Source: Saprolegnia diclina VS20 (Eukaryota). Taken from it: a stretch of DNA of 64,000 bases. Position numbers and translations under genes: made by a program. The number at the start of each line of letters is the position of its first letter. The stretch's first letter is position 1. This document shows positions 51,259 through 62,906 of this stretch, one piece after another. The notes under the pieces are model-generated. The model did no database searches. It was given only the letters and a program-made list of their open reading frames with translations, and had not been told where the DNA came from. Location of the stretch: the NCBI RefSeq assembly GCF_000281045.1, contig NW_008246104.1, positions 160,557 through 224,556 of the forward strand. Reading direction: 5' to 3'.

Positions 51259-53629
51259 CTAGTCAATGTCCAAGTCGACCGGTGCCGGCTCATGCCCTCG
51301 CCCGACCGTGTCTTGAATGCGCGCCATGATCGTGTCGGCGACTTGCACCAAGCTCTTGATGTCGGCCTTCCGGACGCGGTCGCGGGGCTTGGTGTCGACG
51401 AGCGAGAGGACACCGAGCACGACGTCATCGGACGTCGTCAGCGGAATGCCCAGATAGAACCGAATCCCGACGTCTTCGCCGGCGTTGACGAGCGGGTTCA
51501 AAGCGAAGCGGAGGTCTTCCTTGCAATCGAGCACGATCGTCGGGGATGACGACATGATGGCGTGCGACTCGAGCATGATGTGACGAGGCAGCGTGTCCAT
51601 CGAGACACCGCCAATCTTGGCGAGGAGGAGCCCGGCCGACCCGCCGACGACACAAAGCGTGCCGATCGGGCACTGCGCCGTCTTGCACGCGATCTTGAGG
51701 TAGAGCGCCATGTCGTCGCGGCGCCGGAGGAGGTCGAGGGCCGTGGCTTTCTCGAGCCGCTGCGCTTCGGTGGTCGTCAAGGGCGCGTCCGGCCACGGGT
51801 TGCCATTGCGAAAGTTGAGCGGGTAGTCAAACCCCGTGCTTTCGTACAGGTACCCGTCGTCGGTCGGGCCGTGCCACGGGCTCGGCAAGTTGGGGGGCTC
51901 GGTGGGCAACCACGCGGGCGTCGCATGGTCCTCGGTCGGTGTCGACGACGGTGGCATCCAGCGGGACTCGGGTGGAAGGCTGTAGCTCATGTAGTGGGGC
52001 GACGACCGCCGGTCCTGGGGCGACGATCGCCGGTCGTGAAGCCACGGCGAGTGCGGTGTCGTCGACGTTCCCTCGGACGAGAGGTCGGCTAAGAACACGG
52101 GTGTCGGCGACGGCGCCGGTCGCGCCGAGTGGTTCCGCGGGTGGACACCCTTGTCAAACCGCTTCTCAAACACGGGGTCAATGCCCACGGGCGGCGCCGA
52201 CCCAATGTGGATGTCCTTGGCCGACACCGAGTGCTTGCGTCCGTCCGGCAACGACTGCTTCCGGAACGGGTCGACAGCCCGGGCTTGCACCGGGCGGTCC
52301 TTCCGGCGCCCCGGCTGCGACGCCCACTCGCGGTCGCCATGCGTCATCCCATGCGGCGCATGGTGGTGGCTACTACCGGACGGAATGTCAAATGGCTTGG
52401 TCGTTGTCGGCGCGGGTTCGTCGCGTGGCGGCCACGGCGCCGCAAACTTGCGACGTGGCGGCGCGAGGATCGAGAAGCGGTGCGCGATTGAGAAGAGCTT
52501 GTCGGAGGCGCGCACCATACCTACGTAGCGTATCGTTAGAAAGGTCGACCAAAGTGACCATTTGAAAATGAAAAATGGAGAAAAAAAGAGGAAAAATGAG
52601 AAAATGGAGGAAAAAATGAGGAAAAAATGAGGACAAATCGATCATACTTGTGGGGTTGCCCTCGATGCACGAGGCGCAGACACGGACGCTGTCGCCCATT
52701 TCGGGGCGGCTCCGGCCGATCGAGCACGTGGCGCAAAACACGTCGCCGCAGAGGCGGCAGTGGTGCTTTCGGCGGAGGAACGTGAACGCTTTGAGGCAGA
52801 TCGTGCACATGCTGCCGTCGCCCCACGCGCTCTTGAGCAGCAGCTGGTCTTTGAAGAGCCGCAGCTCCATGATCGTCGGCGCTAAATTCAACAGCGTCGA
52901 CCGCACGATGCGCTGGAGGAGCGTCTTGTCCGGCGCGCCGATGGACGAGAGCAAAAAGTGCACCTGGACCGCGTTTGGCGTCGACGGTGTGTGCTGGAGG
53001 ATGAAGCCCGAGCGCACGAGTCGCCCGATCGACGCGTTGATGTAGACCGGCTGGAAGTCGATCGAGTCCCAGACCGAGACCGCCATCGACGTCGGCGAGA
53101 GCGGCTCGTCGGGCAGCACGCGCCGGACGCCGGTCTCATTGCTGTTGAAATACCCCGAGTAGCGGAGGAAGCAGAATTCGCGCGACACCGCCGGGACGGT
53201 CTTGGCCGACGCCGACTCGGTCGCTGCGTTCACGGCGAGCCACGTCACGAGCATCGCGTCTTCGTCGTCGCTCGGCAGCATGGCGCCGCGGCCTTTGGCG
53301 TCCGTCGTCTTGGGATGCAGAATGCGATTGATGGCGTGGAGGCCGCCGAGGAGCCGCGAGAGCACGTACGAGTAGTCGGGCGGGCGCGTGTTGAGGAGGT
53401 CGAGGACTTCGGCGAGGTGCGTATAGATGGTCACGGAGCCCTTGACTGTGTAGAGCTGGTCGTCGTCGGCCTCGAGCATGGCCACGTTGTCCTTGTCGCC
53501 GAGGCGCGTGTACGCGTGGGCCTTGGCAAGGTCGTAGCGCAGAAGATCCTCCATGGCGGCCTCGCCCTGCGCATGGAGCAGGTCCACGTCGTCGGCCGAG
53601 AAGGGCGCGTCGTAGCTCGAGATGCGCAT
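51259..53629 (-). CDS. START-like + FYVE + GAF protein, paralogue A
   Basis: REFCFLRY (START-like), CTIC..RRKHHCRLCG..RVCASC (FYVE), DLRFALNPLV..IRFYLGIPL (GAF); one intron at about 52520-52646. Confidence 0.9.
52564..52638. repeat. Degenerate GAAAAATGAG-type purine-rich tandem repeat within an intron
   Basis: gaaaatg aaaaatggag aaaaaaagag gaaaaatgag aaaatggagg aaaaaatgag gaaaaaatgag. Confidence 0.8.
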
Positions 53630-53893
53630 GCGAGTGACTGCGTCTCTGAATCGAATGCTTGAACCGGCAAAGTTCGGATACTAACATAGACAGGCGGCAC
53701 GGTGGCCAATTTAATAAAAATAGGACCACCCACGCTGCTGGCAAGGCGACGAATTAAATGTTTGTATTGTATTACAAGCAGCGCCCAAGCCGAGCCACCC
53801 AAGGTGGCAGCGCAAGCATTACGACGCACTCGCTTCTATCGGCTTCATGCTGCTTACCACGCCACGTACTGTACTACGGCAACGACGCTCTCA

Positions 53894-56660
53894 TCAATCG
53901 AGGTCGAGGTCGGGCGACGCCGGCCGGCCATAGCCCCGTGCGTGCGGATGGTACTGGCCCTCGTCGTGGAGCGCCATGTCTTCGAAGCGGCGCATGACCG
54001 TGGTGGCCACCTGCATCGCGGCTTGGAGGTCGCTCTTCCGGACCCGCGAACGGGCGGTCGTGTCGACGAGCGAGAGGACACCAATGACACAGCCGTCCGA
54101 CGTGCACAACGGCAGGCCAACGTAGAAACGGATGCCAACCTCACCGTGGCTCACGAGCGGGTTGGCCATGAAGCGCAGATCGTCGCGGCAGTCGAGCACG
54201 ATGAGCGGCGACCGCGACGTGATGGCGTGCGACTCGAGCATGATGTGGCGAGGCATGGTGTCGGCGCCGACGCCGACCTTGGCGATGAGGAGGCCGGCCG
54301 ACCCGCCGACGACCGTGATCGCGCCCACGGGGCACGCAAGCGCCTTGCAAGCGAGCTGCACGTAGCGCTGGACCTCGTCCCGGCGCCGGAGCAAGTCGAG
54401 CTCGTGCGCCTTGCGCAGCCGAAGGTCCTCGAACGCCGTCTCGGGCGCATCGGGCCACTCGTTGCCGTTGCGAAAGCTCAGCGGGTACAAGAGCGGACTG
54501 GACTCGGTGATATAGTCCGAGTCGAGCGGCGTGAGCGGGTCGGCCCAGGACGGTGCCGCCGGTCGCGGGTCGTTCCACTGCATCGTCGTCTGCGGTTGGC
54601 GTCCCTGAAAGGGTTGCGGCTGCTTTGCATAGTAGGCAGACGGATGTCGCGCGTCGAAGGGCACTGGCTCTGGCTCGGGGTGCGCCGGCGAGTTGTCCGG
54701 CGGCGACCGACGCTCCAAAGGCGACGTCCGCTGCATCGGCGCTTCGGTGGGTGACACCGACCGGTGCTGCGTGTGCTGCCGGTGCCTGCCCTCCGCGCTC
54801 GTGTGCATGCGCTGTTGCTGGTGCCGGAGGATTGGCTCGTCTTGCGGCACTGGTCGGTGCTCGGGCGGCGGTGCCGAACGGTGCTCGGATGGCGGTGCTT
54901 GGCGGTGCTCGGGCGGCGCGCGCTGCACCGGCTCGGGCGTCGACCGGTGCTTGTGCTGGTGAAAGTGGTCCCGGAACGACGACGATGCCGGTGGCGCGTC
55001 GGGCTCGGGTCGCTTGCCCCGGGGCGCGAACGACGCCCGCGGGTACGGACGGTCATGCCGGCGCGCCGGCGGCGTCCCAGGTTGCTGCGCCGCAAAGGCG
55101 AACGCATCGCTCTTGACGTGGTCGACCTTGAGCCGCGACTCGGACTTGGTCTTGCGAAAGTCGGGCTTGACCGGCTCGTCCGTCGTCTCTTCGAGGACAA
55201 ACGTGCGCTGGCTCGCAAAGTGCAGCGGGTCCATGACAGCCGGCGCGTCCTCGACGTCCTTGGTCTCGATCGGGCGCGGGCCGAGGGACGAGACTGCCGA
55301 GTGGCCCCGCACTGACCGAAACTCGCTGTGGTGGCGACTCGACTGGAGCGCGCTCGTACTGTTGCGCGACGCCTGCAGCAGCTGCTTGGCGCGGATGTTC
55401 TCCTGCGAGTAGAGCTTGCTGGACGCGCGGATCATGTTGGCGGGGTTGCCGTCGACGCACGCGCCGCAGACGCGAATGTCTTGGCGGTCGGTCGGCCGGT
55501 GCCGGTTGATCGAACAGGACGTGCAGACCGCGTCGCCGCAGAGGCGGCAGTGGTGCTTGTGCCGGAAGAGCGTGAAGTTCTTGAGACAGAGACAGCACAT
55601 GCTGCCGTCGCTCCAAAGCTCCTTGGCGAGCAGCCGGTCGGTCGGAATGCGCTGGTCCATGAGTGCGCTGCTAAAGTGGTTTATCGTCGACCGGACGAGG
55701 CGCTGGAGGAAAAAGGCGTCCGCAGCTGTCCTGACGCGGTAGCTGGCGTTGCTCATGTGGCGGCTGCTCGAGTGGTGCGAGAGGTCGCGCGCGGCCGTCG
55801 CTGTCGACGTCAACATAAATGACACTTTGACCTATGACGACGTTTCCGATGAGATAGAAAGGACGACTATCGCTAACGGTACCGTGTTGACGACGTGCGT
55901 CGGCTCGACGATAAAGCCGCTGCGGTGAAAGCTGCCGGTTGCATCCTTGGGGCCATCGAGCAGCGACACCGACTCCCAGATAGAGACGCCGCGGAGCGTC
56001 GGTCGCACCACATCTTCGGGCAGCGTGCGCTCGATGCTGTGCTCACTGAGCTCAAAGTAGTCCGAGTACCGGAGGTAGCAAAACTCCCGGGGCTCGCGGT
56101 CCGTCGCGTTGCGCTCGCTCACAGTGTTGAGCGCGGCGGGGTTGACCACAAGGGTGTGGACCGACGTCGCATAGTCATCGCTGCGCACGGACCGGTCTCG
56201 GTACCAGAGGCACGACGAGGTGTGCATGGGCCCGAGGAAGCGGGTCATGACGTCGCTCCACTGCTCCGGGTTCTTGGTGTTGAGCATTTGCATAACCTCC
56301 GAGAGGCACGTGTGTACCTACGCTATGTCAACGGAGTGCGAGTCGGAGCAAGTGTACCGTGATGACGCCCTTGACGGCGTAGTACGTGTCGGTAGCAACT
56401 TCAAAGAGCGCGAGCTTGTCGTGCTCAGTAAGCTTGGTGTACGAGGCCTGCGCGTCGGCGTCCTGCTGAAGAAGCGCCCGCGCGCTCTCGTCGCCAAGCG
56501 TGCGCAAATCAGCCGCTTCATCCGGAAGGACCGACGTGCCACGTCGCCGGTCCACGCCGCTGCTGCCGTCACCGTGCTTCATCTGATGGTACTTCTTGGC
56601 GAGCTGCGATGTACCGCTGAGGAGCTGGTGCTGGCCCGTCACAGCCGTGCCGCCAAACAT
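53894..56660 (-). CDS. START-like + FYVE + GAF protein, paralogue B
   Basis: REFCYLRY, CCLC..RHKHHCRLCG..RVCGAC, DLRFMANPLV..IRFYVGLPL. Start could alternatively be the ATG at 56582. Confidence 0.9.
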
Positions 56661-57249
56661 TGTCAACCTGCGCGAGAACGTAGGAGAGGTGCAATGGCGT
56701 CGCCGCGTCAACGACGGCTTCGACAAAAAAGTGGCACGCGAACTTCGAACTTCGGTTTTCATGGGCACCTTGTATGGGCAACACCCAGGTCATTCCTTCT
56801 TTGCGACCCGCATCACGATGGGGCCAGTGGGAACACACGACGCGCGGGAATTACACCCGCCGTGTCTGGTCGAGCCGCCGCGGTTGCCTGTGAACAGCCA
56901 TTCCACGGTCCAACGGCCGAGCCCTCCGCGGCCGTCCATCTTCGATATGCGATCATCAACAAGTACGGTGCAGCCGCAAGCATTACCATACTAGTCATAT
57001 TGGAGGACGCGGCCGGCGCGATGCGTCCGTCAAGATCCAGCGGTTGGTTGCGAAGACGATGCTGGTACGTGGGTAGATTGAGGCAAGGGTATATAAGAGA
57101 TGTATTTCTTATATACCCTTGATTGAGGGCAGATCCAGGCGCAGAGCATGATGCACGCGGTTGCGATCTTCCGACATGGACGCTGATTGGTGCATTCGCA
57201 TGGCCAATCGTTGGTGGGAACCAATCGTTGCGATTCAAACGGCAATCTC

Positions 57250-58323
57250 ATGCGCAACACGGCGAGCCTCTTCACGCCGACGAGTACGCTCGAGTGCGCG
57301 CTGCGCAAGAAGTGCGTTCCGTGCTGTTACAAGATCCTCGTCCATGGCACGCCGGACATGGAGCCCAACCAGCGCCCGGAGCTCTGCCCGCGCTCGGCCT
57401 TCGAGGTCCGCCCGTCGCCAGTCCTCCTGTCGCCGAGCATGAGCACGCTCGTCGTGCAGGACCCGTCGCTCTCGTTTGCATGGTCGATTCGCTCGCATGT
57501 GGCGTCGCTGCATGTCATGCTAGCCGAAGCCAAGGCGACGATCTTCAAGACGTACCCCGAGACCTCGAAGCGCGTCAAGAAGCTCGACAACAAGGTCCAT
57601 TTCGAGTCGGCGATGGCGGACGTAGGCGATTTTGGCACGTTTGACTGTGTCATTTGGAACTTCCCCAACGTCGACGACGCCGAAGTCTTCTTCGAGCACG
57701 TGCGCATTACGGAGAACAATGGCCAGATCCACATTTCGTGCCCGCTCGGCCAGAGCGCCGACTTTATCGCGGCGGCTGCGGCGGCGGGCTTCAAGCACCT
57801 GGGCACGCTTGTCTTTGACCGATGCTCGTTCCCGGGCTACAAGGTGTCGCTCGAGTGCGAGACGCTCGTCTTTACGACAAGCGCGGCGACAACGACGGTC
57901 GTCTTTGATTCGTCGATTGCGGTTGCTACCTGCGGCGATTGGACGCCGGAGCAGTGGACGGCGGCGCCGACCATCGTGCCCATGACCCCGACTGTGCTCG
58001 CGAGCATCGAAGCGCTTTTGTGCGACAAGAGCAACTTTCCCAAGAAGGAAAAGCCCGTCAAGAAAGCCAAGGCCGACGACGTCGACGACAGTGAGATCGT
58101 GAGCAAGATGAGCAAGAGAAAGGCGGCAGCGAAGAAGAAGAGAGACGAGGTCGAGGAGGACGAGGTCGATTACGTCGAGATGTACAACCTCAAGCCAAAG
58201 GGCAAGAAGCACAAGGTGCTCCGGAAGCTCGACTATGAGTCCAACCAAGAGGGCAAGCTCCGCCCGACCAAGCGAAAGCTTCCCGTCCGAATGGAAAACG
58301 GCAGAGCCAAGATGGGCTGGTAA
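57250..58323 (+). CDS. DUF2431/Bmt5-like methyltransferase-fold protein, degenerate, with Lys-rich tail; intronless
   Basis: LVVQDPSLSF, KTYP, FDCVIWNFPN, GQIHIS, FDRCSFPGY follow the DUF2431 motif order. Confidence 0.65.
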   Translation: MRNTASLFTPTSTLECALRKKCVPCCYKILVHGTPDMEPNQRPELCPRSAFEVRPSPVLLSPSMSTLVVQDPSLSFAWSIRSHVASLHVMLAEAKATIFKTYPETSKRVKKLDNKVHFESAMADVGDFGTFDCVIWNFPNVDDAEVFFEHVRITENNGQIHISCPLGQSADFIAAAAAAGFKHLGTLVFDRCSFPGYKVSLECETLVFTTSAATTTVVFDSSIAVATCGDWTPEQWTAAPTIVPMTPTVLASIEALLCDKSNFPKKEKPVKKAKADDVDDSEIVSKMSKRKAAAKKKRDEVEEDEVDYVEMYNLKPKGKKHKVLRKLDYESNQEGKLRPTKRKLPVRMENGRAKMGW

Positions 58324-58760
58324 AGGCCAGTCCTCGAGGCTGCTCCACGGCGTCTCTGCATACTCTGAAATTCCAATATAAAAACTTGTACTAGCATCCC
58401 TGAGTCATCATGCCCGAGTACTGGTTGCCATGCATCGTGGCAATCTTAGAGCAGTAACCTACGTTCTGATTGGCCAAATGGTGGTCAATAGGCGCTAGGT
58501 TAATCCACGTTTATGTACAACGTCGGCACGTTAAACGCTACGTGAACTTGTGCAGCGGCGAAGGAACTTGCATGCAACGGCGCCTGCCCACACGGCGTCA
58601 TGCCCGACCGCAGTGAAACCCAGAGACAAGTGCACCACGTCCTATTTCGTCTCGAAGAGCGAGGATGCCCGTGTCAAACGGAGTATAATCACGTCGCATA
58701 TGCTGTTTAAACATGCTGACTCGATGCTTCAACGCGTCAAAGTCGCAGTGCATTTTCGCG

Positions 58761-60131
58761 ATGGAGACGGGCACATGGATGCTGGACGAGAGCGCGCTCT
58801 TGGACCTCATGATCTTTCCGGACGCTTTGGACGAATCGGCATGTGTCTCGAGCGGTGCTCGGAGCAGCGAAGAGTTCAAGCAGCGGGAGCGAGCGCGCAA
58901 GGTCCAGTACCGCAAGCGGCTCAAGGACGAAGCGACGAACCTTGCGCAGCTCGCGCATCGGCTTGGATGCGACCGCGACCGCCTCCTTCTTCGCCAACAA
59001 GAACGTCGGCGTAAGAAAGAGCTGCCAACCGAGCGCGACGCCATTGCGCGCTGGTCCGCGACGGCCAAAGTACACGTGGCTCGCCATCCTCGTGGCTGCT
59101 CACGTCATCGTAGGAGCTCCGAGAACACAACACGGCCGCGATGCACCTCAACCAGAGTCTTCGCGAGAGCCTTCGGCACCAAATCAACCTCGTCATGTCG
59201 TACCAGCGCACGCTCTTCCACATGGTCGGTCCATCTCGAAGGTCCCGCCATCGGCTCATATTCATGTCCAGAACCTCGCGCTTGCCAAGGACGATTGGCG
59301 CTCGAGCATCTACCGCATGCTTCACGCGCATTTGCACGAGGGTGTGCACGGCGATGTACGCTCAATGTGGGTACGTTTCTGCGTATGTCGAGTCGAACTC
59401 AAAGTTACGAGCTCGTAGGAACGCGCGACCGAGTCGGAGAACCGATGCCACGTGACGCTCAACGCGTCACAGACTGACATTGCGCACGTCGATGTCATTC
59501 GATGCTCGCGGCGCCAAGGCGTCTCGCCCAGCGACACCGCGGACGCCATTTGGCGCCGCCTCACCGGCGAAAGCACGCAGAACGTGCCCAACACGCGCAT
59601 CGCCCAAGTAAATCTTCGCGCTCTCTCGCACCTGCCACCTCACTGTTGCATGGGCGATGGCGTAGCGGCTTGAAACGCTGGATCATGCAACGTGCTGCAC
59701 GCGCGTCTACTTTTGCGACGACACGGCGCCGTTTGCGCTCAACGTGGTGCAGCACCGGTATCGAACCGTGTACCACTTGTCACTACGGACGTCCATCATG
59801 TGTAGATATGACTTTTTTGACAAGCACGTCATCGTCTACCGGACGCTCGAGACGCCGTTCAGTGACGTCTTCCAACACGACGTTCTCCAGTGGCACGTCA
59901 TGTGCTGGGTTGAAGTCACGCCCGACGGCGACGACACGCGCATCTGCGAGTACATTCGGTACAAGCAGGTCGGCGCCGGCGGTATCCTCCCGCTGCTGCT
60001 CGGGTGTACGTCCGCAAGCGTTGTTCTCTGGTCATCGCACAACGTGTCATATAGGTCAAGCCGACGCAGCGCAGCTCAAAGCGTGGATGGAGCATGTTGT
60101 CTCGAGTCTCTACAGCTGCTGTGCCGCCTAG
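58761..60131 (+). CDS. Oomycete-type protein with basic/coiled-coil (bZIP-like) N-terminus and probable START-like C-terminus
   Basis: KQRERARKVQYRKRLKDEATNL followed by a coiled coil; multiple in-phase short introns. Confidence 0.6.
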
Positions 60132-60189
60132 TGCGCTTCTTGTCCGTGTATATGTACAAACGAGTTGTGGTGTTGCCAACTGTCGGGTG

Positions 60190-61987
60190 TTATGAGGACG
60201 ACCGCATCGTCCATGTCTCGAGCGGGTCGTCGGCCAAAATGAGCGCGCCAGCCTGCGTGATGTAGTTGCCCTTGAGGTATTTGGCGCGGTGCGACGCGAG
60301 CTTCAGGTTGGCGAGAAGCTGGTCGGCTACGTATTGTGTCAAGCCCCACAAAAGAGACATAGAGGTGTGGCCTACGTGGAGGTGACCATGCGTGGCTCAA
60401 GAGGCCAGGCGTTTTGAAGCGAGCCTTGGCGTCGCGCATCGCTTCGCACTCGGTTCGGACGCGCGCAATCGTGTGGAACGTTGCGAGGCAGCTCCACACG
60501 TCCTTGTGCCCATGCTCGTTCGCGAGGTCAAGCGGGGACTTGCCACACTTGTCTCGTAAATGCGGGTCTCCCTCGTGCTAGCCTCCATATTCCGTAAGTC
60601 GATAGAATGATACATCAGATGATGGAGGTACCCGAAGCAGGTGGACGACAGCGTCCTTGAGGCCAAACCGAGCGCATTCATGCAGTGCCGTGACACCATA
60701 CGTGTTCTACAAACGTCGTGGCACCCCTCGTGAGCAATACGAGGCTCATACCGCGTGATTCGCCAAGGCGCCGTGTGTGAGAAGCACCTCTTGCGTCGCC
60801 GTTGCTTGCGTGGCAATGGTGACCCAGGGCAAGGTCTTCTGACGTGGCGGCACATCACGCCACGTAAAGTGCAACGCCGTGTCTTGATTCGCTGTTGCGA
60901 GCTGCGGGTCGGCGCCGGCCTGCAAGAGTGCGGTGACCACTTGCACGTTGTGCAGCCGGGCCGCCAGCATGAGTGGCGTGAGTGCGACGCTAACGCAGTC
61001 GTATCAACGCGCAGGATATGTATGGCTCATTTACATACTCAAAGCTCTTTTTTGCCTCGATCGAGATGGTTTTGCGCAAAGCGTCGTAGTTGACGGGGAG
61101 ATTGACGTCGATAAAATCATGCTGCGTGACAAGCAAGACGGCCTCGCTACACGACTACAGTGTCGACTACATGGACAGCTTCTCTCGCACCGTGTCCGGC
61201 CTTCGAGGAGGGCGCGCCAGAACGCTTCGACGGCTTGAATATCGCCTTGAAGAGTCGCAAGCCGGTGTTGCCGCGCTTGCGAGTCCTTTTTTAACGCGGC
61301 TCTACGCCCATTGTCGATAGGATGAGCGATGGTTTGATACATGATGTACGCTTTGTCGTCGAGAACGCCGAGGAGATTGGTCGCCAAGAAGTGTAGCTTT
61401 CCTTGCTAAACACACATTTTGGCTGATATGGATGTGGCGTGAAAGAGAACCTCGAGCGTGTGCAAGCAGTCTTCGTACGCTGACGAGGCTGGTGGAAGTC
61501 GACTGGTGGACGCCGACGACGTGTGGAGAAAAATGAGCTGCTTCTTAGCCGACGCCTGCAGCTCGCGCTCCTTCTCTCGGCGTAGCTAGCCAGCCTTTCT
61601 TTTGAGATCGCTTAAATGTGTTGCACCGTACTTGGGAGCCTGGAATAGGGTACGGGTGTTTGATGGACCGCAAATGGTACATGCCCGTCGTATCGACGGG
61701 CCCGAGTGGCGGTGCTGAAATGGCTGCGAGCTCGCGCACTTCGGAGGCCGACAGAGACGGCTGCTTGTCGCTGTAAATACCCCGGAAGATTGTCGGGTCG
61801 TTTGGTGCTGCAACGTCGACAAGGTGCTGCAGTTGATGCTGCATAGCATTGGTTTGGGTCACGCGAACATCCTGCTCGCCACCGGTTAGAGTGAAGAGAG
61901 AGGGTTGCGTATCGCACGTACGGTCTCTTGTCGAATCCTCTCGCGCGTCAAGAGCTCGCCCTTCGTGAGCTGGCGCCGCGGGCCCAT
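60190..61987 (-). CDS. Ankyrin-repeat protein
   Basis: TPLMLAAR, GADP, DTALHFT, TPLHECARFG, KSPLDLA; 5' exon structure approximate. Confidence 0.7.
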
Positions 61988-62906
61988 CCTGGCGCTACCC
62001 ACGGTTTCAAGATCTAAAAACATCCTCTTTCAATAGCATGCCATTGTGGCATTTGCTAAGGTCAATGATCATTAGTTCACCGGGTCAGCACGGGAGCTGA
62101 TTGGAGCGAAGTGTTTGCTAGTGACTATAGTAAGCTTAATACGAGGATGCGACTAGCCCTCCTATGGATCTAAGCGCGTAGCACGCTCTGGTACATCCTG
62201 TCGCGCTTTCACATGTAAGAAAGGCAGCCCTCGAAATTCCAGACGTATCTCTGGGCGCGAAAAGAAGACCAGATTCATGTCTGATTCGGCGCCACACCGG
62301 TTAACGAGCTCGACGCTGCTGTGCAATATGAATGATGTGCAATGTGAACCATGCCGCGTATCTGGAGCATCTTTGAACCTGAAAGCTGCAGTTTGCGGTC
62401 CAGACCATCAAGTCTCTTGATGCACAAGTTGTATAGTCAACTCAGTTCAGTGCTCAGCTCAGCACTTGATCTATGTAGCCAACTTCAACCGGCGCGATCT
62501 TGCGCGCAATCCGCGACTTTGTCGCAACCATTGCTGATTGGTTGGTGCACTGATCCCTGCGCGCCGATTGGTCCGCTTTGCATCGTACGAAAAGATACTG
62601 CTGGTCGGCGTGCGACGTCATGCTTTTGCCGGCGCTGCGTCACCGCTGGCGTCCCACACTCGATATTCACTGGCCAAGAGAAGCAACTCGAGACGCACGC
62701 AGCATGCGGCTCCTCGCAGGACGCCATCTCGATGGTCGATGGCCTTGGAATCTGTGAGATTCCCATGTGCTCAGATCATGACGCGGCGCGAGAAGCCGGG
62801 CGTAAAAATAGAGAGATGCCTAATTAGGACAAAAAGCCTCGCGTTGCCAGATCTTGGCGTTTGTATCCAATCGCATCTTGTTCATTTTCGGAAAGTCGCG
62901 AGCTCG

